DNA of 25,097 bases, taken from an uncultured Gammaproteobacteria bacterium. Lineage in GTDB: Bacteria > Patescibacteriota > Patescibacteriia > 2-12-FULL-60-25. The position numbers were made by a program, and so were the translations under genes. Of this stretch, positions 14,118 through 22,531 are shown in pieces. The notes below the pieces were generated by a model. That model worked only from the letters and a program-made list of their open reading frames with translations. It ran no database searches and was not told the DNA's origin. Each line of letters starts with the position of its first letter. Positions within the stretch are counted from its first letter, which is position 1. Location: positions 1,585 through 26,681 of the forward strand of contig CAZRDS010000007.1 of the NCBI GenBank assembly GCA_964598895.1. The letters run 5' to 3'.

Positions 14118-16826
14118 CTAAACAAGAGGTGTCATTTCATCCCAACGAAGACCTGCTTTCGCCTCAACCAGAATCGGCACACCGATATCTCGGATTAATT
14201 CCATCGTTTGTTTTACGGTCGCTGCGACACGTGAAACCTCTTCCAGTGGAACTTCCAAGACTAATTCGTCGTGCACCTGAAGAAGAAGCCGGCTCTTTGG
14301 TGAAAGGGTGGGGAGCATGGCATCGACTTCGATCATTGCGAGCTTCATAAGGTCAGCATCCGTACCTTGCACCGGCATATTGATGGCCATACGTTCGGCC
14401 TGTGCGCGTAGCTGAGGCAGGGGAGACTGAATATCTGGGAAGTGACGACGACGACCGAAGAGCGTCTCGGCATAGCCATTTTTACGTACAAAATCTTTGG
14501 TTGTTTCCATGAAATTTTTCACACCCTGGTAGATTGTGAAATAGGTTTCGATAAACTTTTTTGCGTCGGCATAAGCAATGCCTGCAACCTGAGATAATCC
14601 ATGTGGACCCTGACCGAAAATAATTCCGAAGTTGATTGCTTTTGCAATGCGTCGCTGTTCTTTTGTGACATCTGTATGAGGAATTCCCCAGATCGCCGCT
14701 GCTGTTTCCGTATGAATATCATGGCCAAGTTCGAAGGCCTCTTTCATGCGCTTATCGTTCGCCAGCGCGGCGACCACACGCAATTCAATCTGAGAATAGT
14801 CGCAAGAGAGGAAGGTATAGCCAGGAGACGCCATAAACGCATGACGGATACGGCGGCCAATGTCTGTGCGAATAGGAATATTCTGTAGGTTAGGATCGAT
14901 CGACGAGAGGCGACCCGTTGCCGCCACCGCCTGCTGATAGGTGGTATGAATGCGCCCTTCGGGGTCCGTCATGGTCGGGAGCGGTTCAACGTAGGTCGAA
15001 AGCAGCTTGCTCACCTCACGATATGATTCAACTTGTTCGATCAGCGGATGTTGGCCACGGAGCTTATCAAGCTCCGCCGCAGCTGTAGAATAGCCTGTTT
15101 TTCCCTTCTTAATGCCCTTGGTCGGTAGCTTCAAGTGTGTAAACAAAACATCTGCGAGCTGACTTGGGGAAGCAGGATTAAAGACCGTTCCGGCCGTGTC
15201 TTGCATCTCTTTTTCTAAGCGACGTTTTTCGTTTCCGAGCTCAAGCGACAACTCCCCCAAATATGGGCGGTCGATGAGAATACCGCGGCACTCCATGCGG
15301 AAGAGCACCGGAATAAGGGGGAGCTCAAATTCATGCAGGACACCCTCTAACCCAGCGGCGGCCAATTCCGTTTTCTGCCGAGCATTCAAGGCACGAATGA
15401 GGCTCGCCATGGCGCTTGGCGATGGACGCTCACTCAAGACATTCAACTCATAGCGCGCCGCTAAATCGTTCAAGGTAAACACACGGTCACCCGCACTCAA
15501 CAAATACCCCGCGAGTAAAACATCCGCATCAAATGCGCGCGGTGTGCCCAGTCCCAGTTTTTTCAACCCATGGAGGGCCGCCTTTGCATCGTGTGCGACA
15601 AAACGGACATCGCTTTGCCAGAGTGACTGGAGGACCGTTTGCACAGCGAGAGATTTCAATTCCGTTTGACGCAACACGAGACAGCGTTGGTCATCTGCGA
15701 GCGCGATTCCATATGCCTCGTTTCCGAAAAGCGAATCGGGCGCTTCTTCGAGAACAAGCAAAACTACCTCCGTCGCGGCCGCAAGAGCGGTTAATTTCTT
15801 TACTGCATCTGCCGTATCTTTTGCAATCTCTTCGACTAAAATCGAGGAAGTAAACCCCACGCTCGATCGTTTAGATTTTCCTTTCGTTCCTTGAGACTCG
15901 GGGAGAGATGAGCCGCCTTCTTTTTCCGTCGCCTTCATTTTTGCCCCACTCGCTGTTCCAAACGAGCGCTTCAACAGACTATTGAATCCCATTTCTTGTA
16001 GAAACGCACGCCAAGCATCAGCATCCAAAGAATGCTCAGCGAGCGGACTGAGCGCCCACGAAAAAGGGACGTCTTGGCGAATTGTCACCAAGGTACGCAA
16101 GCTCGGCAGTTCTTGTTCTGCAGCCAACAACTTTTGTCGGACACCTGCTTTTAAAGAAGTGCTTGGATCATGCGCTGCCTTTACCATCCCTTCTATCGAT
16201 TCATATGTCTGCAATAGCTCCGTCGCTCCTTTCTCACCAATTCCTTTCACGCCAGGGATATTATCTGACGGATCCCCACGCAAGATCTTATATTCCAAAA
16301 ATTGTTCTGGAGTAAGACCATACACTTCCTGTAGCATCTTTTCGTCATACAAAATGGTTTCACTCACCCCTTTCTTAAACGTGAGAACTGAAATATTTTT
16401 TCTAACCAACTGAAGCGCATCTCGATCACCCGTCACAATCGTCACGTCCCAGCCATCTTTCGCGGCACTCACTGCGATCGTTCCAAGCAAATCATCCGCC
16501 TCATATCCATCTTTGGAAAATGACTCGATGCCGAGGAGCGTGAGGGCGCGTTGGATAAGAGGAATCTGCGCATACAATTCATCTGGCTGTTTTACCCGCT
16601 GAGCTTTGTATTCAGTATAGGCATCGTGTCGAAAGGTCGGCGCCTTTGTATCCCAACACGCAACGAAGGCATCTGGTTTTTGCTCTTCAAGTAGCTTGAG
16701 CAAAATACTAATCGTTCCATAGACCGCATTCACGATCTGGCCCGATGGCGCGGTCAAGGGCGGCAGAGCATGCCATGCACGGTGAAGCAGGGCATTTGCA
16801 TCCAAAATGAAGAGACGTTGAGACAT
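14118..16826 (-). CDS. polA: DNA polymerase I
   Basis: 5' nuclease motifs (DANALLHRA, EADD, TGDRD, GDPSDNIPGVKGIG); polymerase motifs DYSQIELR, AKAINFG, LQVHDEL; degenerate 3'-5' exonuclease domain. Confidence 0.98.
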   Translation of the reverse strand: MSQRLFILDANALLHRAWHALPPLTAPSGQIVNAVYGTISILLKLLEEQKPDAFVACWDTKAPTFRHDAYTEYKAQRVKQPDELYAQIPLIQRALTLLGIESFSKDGYEADDLLGTIAVSAAKDGWDVTIVTGDRDALQLVRKNISVLTFKKGVSETILYDEKMLQEVYGLTPEQFLEYKILRGDPSDNIPGVKGIGEKGATELLQTYESIEGMVKAAHDPSTSLKAGVRQKLLAAEQELPSLRTLVTIRQDVPFSWALSPLAEHSLDADAWRAFLQEMGFNSLLKRSFGTASGAKMKATEKEGGSSLPESQGTKGKSKRSSVGFTSSILVEEIAKDTADAVKKLTALAAATEVVLLVLEEAPDSLFGNEAYGIALADDQRCLVLRQTELKSLAVQTVLQSLWQSDVRFVAHDAKAALHGLKKLGLGTPRAFDADVLLAGYLLSAGDRVFTLNDLAARYELNVLSERPSPSAMASLIRALNARQKTELAAAGLEGVLHEFELPLIPVLFRMECRGILIDRPYLGELSLELGNEKRRLEKEMQDTAGTVFNPASPSQLADVLFTHLKLPTKGIKKGKTGYSTAAAELDKLRGQHPLIEQVESYREVSKLLSTYVEPLPTMTDPEGRIHTTYQQAVAATGRLSSIDPNLQNIPIRTDIGRRIRHAFMASPGYTFLSCDYSQIELRVVAALANDKRMKEAFELGHDIHTETAAAIWGIPHTDVTKEQRRIAKAINFGIIFGQGPHGLSQVAGIAYADAKKFIETYFTIYQGVKNFMETTKDFVRKNGYAETLFGRRRHFPDIQSPLPQLRAQAERMAINMPVQGTDADLMKLAMIEVDAMLPTLSPKSRLLLQVHDELVLEVPLEEVSRVAATVKQTMELIRDIGVPILVEAKAGLRWDEMTPLV

Positions 16827-16832
16827 GGAAAA

Positions 16833-16841
16833 AGAGTAGCA
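16833..16841 (-). promoter_or_regulatory. Extended -10 (TGC-TACTCT) 6 nt upstream of the polA ATG; leaderless promoter candidate
   Basis: Minus strand reads TGC TACTCT TTTTCC ATG. Confidence 0.5.
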
Positions 16842-16874
16842 CGGTGACCCTCGAGGGAATAGCGTTTGGGGAAC

Positions 16875-16905
16875 AAAAAAGAGCTCTCACTCGAGAGCTC
16901 TTTTT
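16875..16905 (-). terminator. Intrinsic terminator after tRNA-Cys
   Basis: GAGCTCTC/GAGAGCTC stem with A/T tracts on both sides. Confidence 0.85.
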
Positions 16906-16906
16906 A

Positions 16907-16981
16907 TGGAGGCGTGGGCGGGAATCGAACCCGCGAATAGAGGTTTTGCAGACCTCCGCCTTACCACTTGGCCACCACGCC
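16907..16981 (-). tRNA. tRNA-Cys(GCA)
   Basis: GGCGTGG acceptor, anticodon arm GAGGT-CTGCAAA-ACCTC, T-arm GCGGG-TTCGATT-CCCGC, U discriminator, encoded CCA. Confidence 0.97.
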
Positions 16982-17145
16982 TTGCTCGGCTTAATGAACT
17001 GCATTCCACTCAGTCCTTCTGGACCTCGTTGCATTCCGTTCACCGCCTCCGCTTACTCGCTATGCTCGTAGTCTGACGACACACCATACCCGAGACGTAA
17101 CAATGCGCTCGGATAGTAGCAAAGGACGTCGGGTTGGGGAAGCCG

Positions 17146-17187
17146 GGGGACACAGAACCCTCCATTTCTGGAGGGTTCGTGGGTCCC
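17146..17187 (-). terminator. Hairpin downstream of the 3D-domain gene
   Basis: GAACCCTCCA-GAAA-TGGAGGGTTC (GNRA loop on the minus strand), extended by GGGAC/GTCCC; the U-tract is weak. Confidence 0.5.
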
Positions 17188-17202
17188 TTGTGGGGACGGT
17201 CT

Positions 17203-17823
17203 TTATTTCAGGCTACGCTTGAGCGCATTTTCTTGGGCGATCCGCTTCCATTGAGTGTCGCTGTTATTACCCCATTCGATAACCTCAATTTTGACGTTCC
17301 GTTTGATTCCAAGCTGGCGGGCATCGCTCTTGTTGGTCATCCAGACATCCGCACGCAAGTTATAGCGTGGGTTCATACGATCGTGGACTTCGAAGACACG
17401 GTCTCCGAAAATCTCAGGAAAACGAACTTTTGTATTGAAGGGAAGAAAGTTGGCTGCAATAATTCCATCACGGACCTGGGAACCGTCTGCCGTCGTGAAG
17501 GGGCTCGCGTCCGTTTGGCCTGGCTCGGAGTTGTAGGCTGTCATGCTGATCGTGAACGATTTCAGGGCTTGAGGGCGGTCTAATGGGACCACTTCGAGCA
17601 CCGCTGGCTCACCAATCTCTGAACGCATGTCAGGCTCGTCCGAAAGCTCCGTTACTTCTGTACTCGCGACCACACTCGTATTCGCAACCACACGATCCGT
17701 TGGAACAACCTGAGCTTGAATGGAACGGATTGGCGAAAGAGCAAGTGAAAGCGCGAAAATGGCTGATAAAACGACCTGATGAAGGGGACGTTTACTACCA
17801 TCAGAGACAGAAGTGGATGTCAT
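17203..17823 (-). CDS. 3D-domain (MltA-like) peptidoglycan hydrolase/binding protein
   Basis: N-terminal signal/TM; MTAYNS..GQTD..PF.TADG...GIIAAN.LPF.TKV...F.VHDRM...DVW. Confidence 0.9.
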   Translation of the reverse strand: MTSTSVSDGSKRPLHQVVLSAIFALSLALSPIRSIQAQVVPTDRVVANTSVVASTEVTELSDEPDMRSEIGEPAVLEVVPLDRPQALKSFTISMTAYNSEPGQTDASPFTTADGSQVRDGIIAANFLPFNTKVRFPEIFGDRVFEVHDRMNPRYNLRADVWMTNKSDARQLGIKRNVKIEVIEWGNNSDTQWKRIAQENALKRSLK

Positions 17824-17868
17824 AGGCTAGATACAACAAAAGCCCTGTTCGGGCTCTTGGAGGACAAC

Positions 17869-17909
17869 AACGTATCACATTTGCAGCTTTTTGTCAACGG
17901 AAGTACACT
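17869..17909. promoter_or_regulatory. Overlapping divergent sigma70 promoters (3D gene and PBP)
   Basis: Minus strand: TTGACA(17897-92)-N17-TACGTT with TG extension. Plus strand: TTGCAG(17881-86)-N17-TACACT(17904-09). Confidence 0.6.
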
Positions 17910-17941
17910 GTTTTTACGCTTAACATAGCCAAATAATTCTT

Positions 17942-20578
17942 ATGTCCCTTTTGCGATTTTCCTCATTTCAGCGCCAATCTTCAAAACAGGCGCCGGAAGC
18001 TACCTCCAAGAACCGAAAGGGGCATTTTTTCCAGCTCTTCAAAAAAGCACTGCTTGTTTGCGTAGGAGTGGGGGCGGTCGTCGTCTTCTGTTTCACTATT
18101 TTCCTTGTGTGGGTCAGTCGTGACCTTCCAAATCCAGACACCTTGTCTACGCGCGAGGTCCCACAGTCTACAAAAATCTACGATCGAACGGGCACCGTCC
18201 TTCTACGCGAGCTCCACGGGGACGAAAAACGGACGCTCGTGAAAATCGATCAGATTCCACTCAACATGCAGCACGCCACGATCTCGATCGAAGATCGAAC
18301 CTTTTACCAACACCATGGAATCTACTGGAAAGGTCTCATTCGTGCCTTTGGGATGAGTATCCTCACCCGTACATCGGTCAAAGGAACCTCAACGCTCACG
18401 CAACAACTCGTCAAAAATGCGATTCTCACAAATGAACGCTCTATCATGCGTAAGGCTAAGGAATTCGTACTCTCCCTCCAAATTGAACGAACCTTTTCAA
18501 AACAACAAATTCTTCAGTTATACCTAAATGAGATTCCCTACGGTTCAACCATCTACGGAATTGAATCAGCCTCCCAAGGTTACTTTGGAAAATCTGCGAA
18601 AGACCTGACACTCGATGAATCGGCGTTGCTCGCAGCTATTCCACAAGCACCTGACTTGTATTCGCCTTATGGCACAGGAAGCCGTGGCGATAATCGCGCG
18701 CGACTCGTCGTCCGTCAGCATTATATTTTGGATGTCATGGCGGAAGAAGGTTACATCACAAAAGATGAGGCGGAAGCAGCCAAAAAAATTCCAACCTTGG
18801 ATAAGATTAAGCCAAAAACGGTGAGTGACTTTAAGGCGCCCCACTTTGTGACTGATGTTCGTGCAGAGCTGGTTGAGGCATACGGCATCAAGCGAACAGA
18901 AGAAGGGGGATTAAAAGTCATCACGACTCTTGATTGGGATAAGCAACAGGTCGCTGAGAAAGAAATTGTGAAGGGTGTCGAGGCACGAGGCAAGGCATAT
19001 AAATTTACGAATGCCGCCCTTATTTCACTTGATCCAAAAACCGGCCAGGTACTGGCCATGGTTGGGTCAAAAGACTTTAATGACGATTCCATCAAAGGCC
19101 AGGTCAACGTCACACGCAGCGCGCGTCAGCCAGGATCGAGTTTTAAACCCATCGTCTATAGCTTGGCATTTGCACGTGGATATTTGCCACAGACGGTCCT
19201 GTGGGACGTAGACACAACCTTCCGCACCGATAGCGGAAACTACACGCCCCACGACTATGACCTGAAACAGCGCGGGCCACTCAGTATGCGGATGGCGCTA
19301 CAAAATTCCCTCAATACGCCGGCCGTAAAAACCATGTACCTCGTAGGCTTGGGTCGCGTGCTCGATTACGCCGAACGATTGGGTTACACAACGCTCGGTG
19401 ATCGTAGCCGATTTAGTTTGTCACTTGCCCTCGGGAGTGGAGAGGTAAAACCGATCGAACACGCCGCCACCTTTGCTGCTTTCGCGAATGATGGAATCAA
19501 AATGCCAACCGTTTCCATCTTACGAGTGGAAGATCACGATGGCACTGTGTTGCAAGAATGGAAGCCGAGCGAAGGAACACGCGTCCTCGATAGCCAAGCG
19601 GCCCGTTTGCTCGCGGACGTCATGACAGATAATCAAGCTCGCGCATTAGTGTTCAGCCCGGCTGCACGGAACTATCTCACGCTTTCAGATCGTCCCGTCG
19701 CCGCGAAGACCGGAACAACCAACAACTTCAACGATGCCTGGACCGTAGGATTCACGCCAAACCTTGCGACCGTTGTCTGGGTGGGAAATAGCGATGGGAA
19801 GGAAATGAGTCGGGGAGCTGACGGCTCTGTTGTCGCGGCTCCCATTTGGGGCGGCTACATGAAAGCTGTTACAAAATCGATGCCGATCGAGCGCTTCAAA
19901 GCACCCGAACCACCATCGACCGACAAACCCGCACTCCTGGGCACCGCAATTATGCAAAAAGTGCGCGTCGTCAAAACAACGGGCAACCTCGCGAGCGACC
20001 TCACTCCACCCGAGCTCACAGAAGATCGCATCTACTACAGCCCCCACGAAATCTTGTCCTATCTCGACAAAGACGATCCAACAGGGCCCGCCCCAAGCAA
20101 TCCTGCCGCTGATCCTCAGTTTGAAAACTGGGAACGCGCGGTGCAGTTGTGGGTCAGTAAAACAACGAGCACACAGTTTGGGCCACCTCCAACCGAAGTT
20201 GATGTACTGCATACCCCGGAGATGCAACCCGTGGTCACCATTCTTTCCCCAACAGGAGAGGAGTCCATCAGCTCGCGCATCCTCCCCGTGCAAGTCTCTG
20301 CCAGCACCCCTCGTACTATTCAGCTCTATGAGGTGCTTTTGAATGGACAAACGATCGGAACAGCAAATAATGCGAGCTTCAGCGTGATCCTTCCTCAAGA
20401 CCTGGTCGCCGGGCGTCACACCCTCACCATTGTCGCCGTCGATGATATCGGCAACCGAGGCGAAACCAGCGTCGCGATCAATTATCTGACAGCCGCTCCC
20501 GCTACACTTCCACCTCCAACCGACACCGGGATCTCAAACGTCGGCGCCCTTATGAACACAAGTGGAACGGGGTTCTAA
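17942..20578 (+). CDS. Class A penicillin-binding protein (PBP1A family) with a C-terminal Ig-like domain
   Basis: N-terminal TM; transglycosylase EDRTFYQH.G, GTSTLTQQLVKN, RKAKE, LYLNEIPYG; transpeptidase SSFK, SLN, KTG. Confidence 0.96.
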   Translation: MSLLRFSSFQRQSSKQAPEATSKNRKGHFFQLFKKALLVCVGVGAVVVFCFTIFLVWVSRDLPNPDTLSTREVPQSTKIYDRTGTVLLRELHGDEKRTLVKIDQIPLNMQHATISIEDRTFYQHHGIYWKGLIRAFGMSILTRTSVKGTSTLTQQLVKNAILTNERSIMRKAKEFVLSLQIERTFSKQQILQLYLNEIPYGSTIYGIESASQGYFGKSAKDLTLDESALLAAIPQAPDLYSPYGTGSRGDNRARLVVRQHYILDVMAEEGYITKDEAEAAKKIPTLDKIKPKTVSDFKAPHFVTDVRAELVEAYGIKRTEEGGLKVITTLDWDKQQVAEKEIVKGVEARGKAYKFTNAALISLDPKTGQVLAMVGSKDFNDDSIKGQVNVTRSARQPGSSFKPIVYSLAFARGYLPQTVLWDVDTTFRTDSGNYTPHDYDLKQRGPLSMRMALQNSLNTPAVKTMYLVGLGRVLDYAERLGYTTLGDRSRFSLSLALGSGEVKPIEHAATFAAFANDGIKMPTVSILRVEDHDGTVLQEWKPSEGTRVLDSQAARLLADVMTDNQARALVFSPAARNYLTLSDRPVAAKTGTTNNFNDAWTVGFTPNLATVVWVGNSDGKEMSRGADGSVVAAPIWGGYMKAVTKSMPIERFKAPEPPSTDKPALLGTAIMQKVRVVKTTGNLASDLTPPELTEDRIYYSPHEILSYLDKDDPTGPAPSNPAADPQFENWERAVQLWVSKTTSTQFGPPPTEVDVLHTPEMQPVVTILSPTGEESISSRILPVQVSASTPRTIQLYEVLLNGQTIGTANNASFSVILPQDLVAGRHTLTIVAVDDIGNRGETSVAINYLTAAPATLPPPTDTGISNVGALMNTSGTGF

Positions 20579-20610
20579 CGAGAAAAAACCAAGAAAGACC
20601 CCACCCAACG

Positions 20611-20649
20611 TCCCAGGAGATTGACTTTTCCTGGGATTTTTGGTTTAAT
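20611..20649 (+). promoter_or_regulatory. PBP terminator-like hairpin overlapping a strong promoter
   Basis: TCCCAGGA-N10-TCCTGGGA followed by TTTTT; TTGACT(20621-26)-N17-TTTAAT(20644-49) with TG extension. Confidence 0.6.
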
Positions 20650-20812
20650 GGACGGTCCCAACGGCGCGTTTTTCGCTCAACCGTGGGGCTTCGTACCTCT
20701 TTCTTCGCTCCGCACAATTCACTTACGATTCGTTTCTCGCGTCACCCAACGCGGCACTTCGGCCGCTCACCATTCCTCACAGCGTGGGGCACAACCCCGG
20801 GAGAATTCATCG

Positions 20813-21133
20813 ATGATGAGACTGAGACTCCTGTTTCTCACCGCAGCCGCCCTCGTGGCGAGCTGCGCGCCGGTGGAGGCCATCGACGGCATCCACACGG
20901 AATGCGTTCCGGGCTCAGTGCCCGGAAGCTGGACGGCCAGCACCAACACCGACATCACGTCGTGCGCCCCGGTGACGCAGCGCGTGATCTGCCAGGATGA
21001 CCGGCCCACACGTGTGGGCCGGGTCCTGGGCATCTGCTGTAGCAGCTCGCTCACGAACGACCAGGCTCGCGCCTGCGTTGCTCGTGCGCGCGCCGCCCTC
21101 CCCGTGTCGGACGCAGGGCGCGTCGGGGACTGA
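20813..21133 (+). CDS. Small Cys-rich putative lipoprotein (106 aa), GC-rich orphan
   Basis: MMRLRLLFLTAAALVAS-C lipobox; six further Cys; GGAG 9 nt upstream; ~70% GC in hand-counted samples. Confidence 0.7.
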   Translation: MMRLRLLFLTAAALVASCAPVEAIDGIHTECVPGSVPGSWTASTNTDITSCAPVTQRVICQDDRPTRVGRVLGICCSSSLTNDQARACVARARAALPVSDAGRVGD

Positions 21134-21163
21134 CCCCGAGAACGAATCACCGCGGAGCGCCAA

Positions 21164-21220
21164 CGGGCCCGGAAAGGACGACATCACTGTCGCACCTCCC
21201 GGGCCCGCGCTTCTTTTTTT
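21164..21220 (+). terminator. Terminator of the lipoprotein cassette
   Basis: CGGGCCCGG...CCGGGCCCG stem with an inner CGACA/TGTCG stem, followed by TTCTTTTTTT. Confidence 0.6.
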
Positions 21221-21297
21221 AAGACTAATTCCGCTTCTTATCTTTTTCGTACCTTCTTCATCCTGCGCTCACCCTTTCATAAAACCACGAGCGCAGT

Positions 21298-21387
21298 GTG
21301 TTTGTTTTGCGAGACTTTGCCCAAGCGACCGGCGCAGGGCACAAGTGTAGCGCTAGCAAGCGCGAAACGGTCTCGCAAAACAAACAC
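21298..21387. repeat. 90-bp element with 18-bp perfect terminal inverted repeats
   Basis: GTGTTTGTTTTGCGAGAC (21298-315) / GTCTCGCAAAACAAACAC (21370-387); two internal hairpins. Confidence 0.8.
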
Positions 21388-21397
21388 GCTGAGCAAC

Positions 21398-22531
21398 CTA
21401 TTGTCGGATCGGCATCACAATGTACTGAAAGCCCTCTCGACCCTCTGGACGGACCACTACGGCATTCATGGCATCGATCACACTCAATGTGACCTGATCG
21501 GTGTCCATCGCCGCTAGTCCGTCGTTTACGTACTTAAAATTGAGCGTTACTTTGTTCGACTCACCTTCAACCACCGCTTGGAGGGTGGCGCGATGTGCAC
21601 CCGTTCCAGTATCAGATGAAGAAACTGTAAGCGCTCCATCCGTGGTCATTTCAAATTTCACATCATAGATTCCCTGACGTGAAAACAGAGAAGATGCGCG
21701 AATCGCGCGCATAAGCTCGGTCCGCTTCACACGACAGTGTGTACGAAACTGCGTTGGAATGATGCGTTTGTAGTCCGGGAACGATCCTTCAATGAGGCGT
21801 GAAACTAACTCAACCGATCCAAAAGAAACCGCGAGTTGGTTTTCTGCCATCGCCCAATCGATTTTTTCTGGCATCGCTACATCATCCTTATAGCTCGCGA
21901 GGATGCGGGCAATTTCCTGCACGGCTCGGGAGGGCACAATGCATTTTGCTTCCGCTGTATTTCCGCCCGTCACCAAGGTGAGTTTTCGTTCAGAGAGCCG
22001 ATAGGAATCCGTTGCTGCAAGCATCAGCGTTCCCGGTCCACCAATGGTATGAAAGTAACAAGCGACACCGGCAAGCTCCGGACGCGAATCTGAAGCGGAC
22101 ACAGAGAAGGCGACTTGTTGGAGCGCTTGGCGAAGTGGCTCCGCCTCCAATTGGTACACGCCACCCTTTGCGAGCTTCGGGATGAGCGGAAATTCTGTAG
22201 CTGCCATACCTTTGATATTTGTAACCTTGCCATCTGCTTTAATCTCAAGCCCATCCGCTGTGAGACTAAGTTCAACTTTTCCTTCTCCTAAAAGAGAAAC
22301 GTATTCTTGAAAGAGTTTTGCAGGAACCGTGTATTCCCCTGGTTCATCTACGCGCCCTCTGACAATAACGGAGATCGCCATCTCGAGATTGGTTGTGGAA
22401 ATCCGAAGTTGGCCGCCTTCGGCTTGAATCAAGACGTTCGCAAGAATCGGAAGGTTCGCGTTCTTCCCCGCGATGTGTCCGACGAGCGAGAGTCCTTGGA
22501 GGAGATTCTCTTGGGTGCAGGTGCAAACCAT
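21398..22531 (-). CDS. dnaN: DNA polymerase III beta sliding clamp
   Basis: NLPILANVLI, STTNLE, FPLIP, SRPELAG, ATDSYRL, SRLIEG.FPDY..IIP, FN.KY..D-like LNFKYVND, YIVMPIR. Confidence 0.97.
   Translation of the reverse strand: MVCTCTQENLLQGLSLVGHIAGKNANLPILANVLIQAEGGQLRISTTNLEMAISVIVRGRVDEPGEYTVPAKLFQEYVSLLGEGKVELSLTADGLEIKADGKVTNIKGMAATEFPLIPKLAKGGVYQLEAEPLRQALQQVAFSVSASDSRPELAGVACYFHTIGGPGTLMLAATDSYRLSERKLTLVTGGNTAEAKCIVPSRAVQEIARILASYKDDVAMPEKIDWAMAENQLAVSFGSVELVSRLIEGSFPDYKRIIPTQFRTHCRVKRTELMRAIRASSLFSRQGIYDVKFEMTTDGALTVSSSDTGTGAHRATLQAVVEGESNKVTLNFKYVNDGLAAMDTDQVTLSVIDAMNAVVVRPEGREGFQYIVMPIRQ

Noticed and set aside
17076-17085. Fourth copy of the 16-bp motif (TGTGTCGT on the minus strand upstream of tRNA-Cys)
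   Set aside because: Only 8 bp match and the orientation relative to the tRNA is opposite; likely chance.
17134-17583. 149-aa plus-strand ORF
   Set aside because: Antisense to the well-supported 3D-domain gene.
19685-20419. 244-aa minus-strand ORF
   Set aside because: Antisense shadow of the PBP gene, with no motif.
20621-20812. N-terminal extension of the lipoprotein ORF (170-aa call)
   Set aside because: The TTG start is the -35 hexamer; the signal peptide and SD point to ATG 20813.
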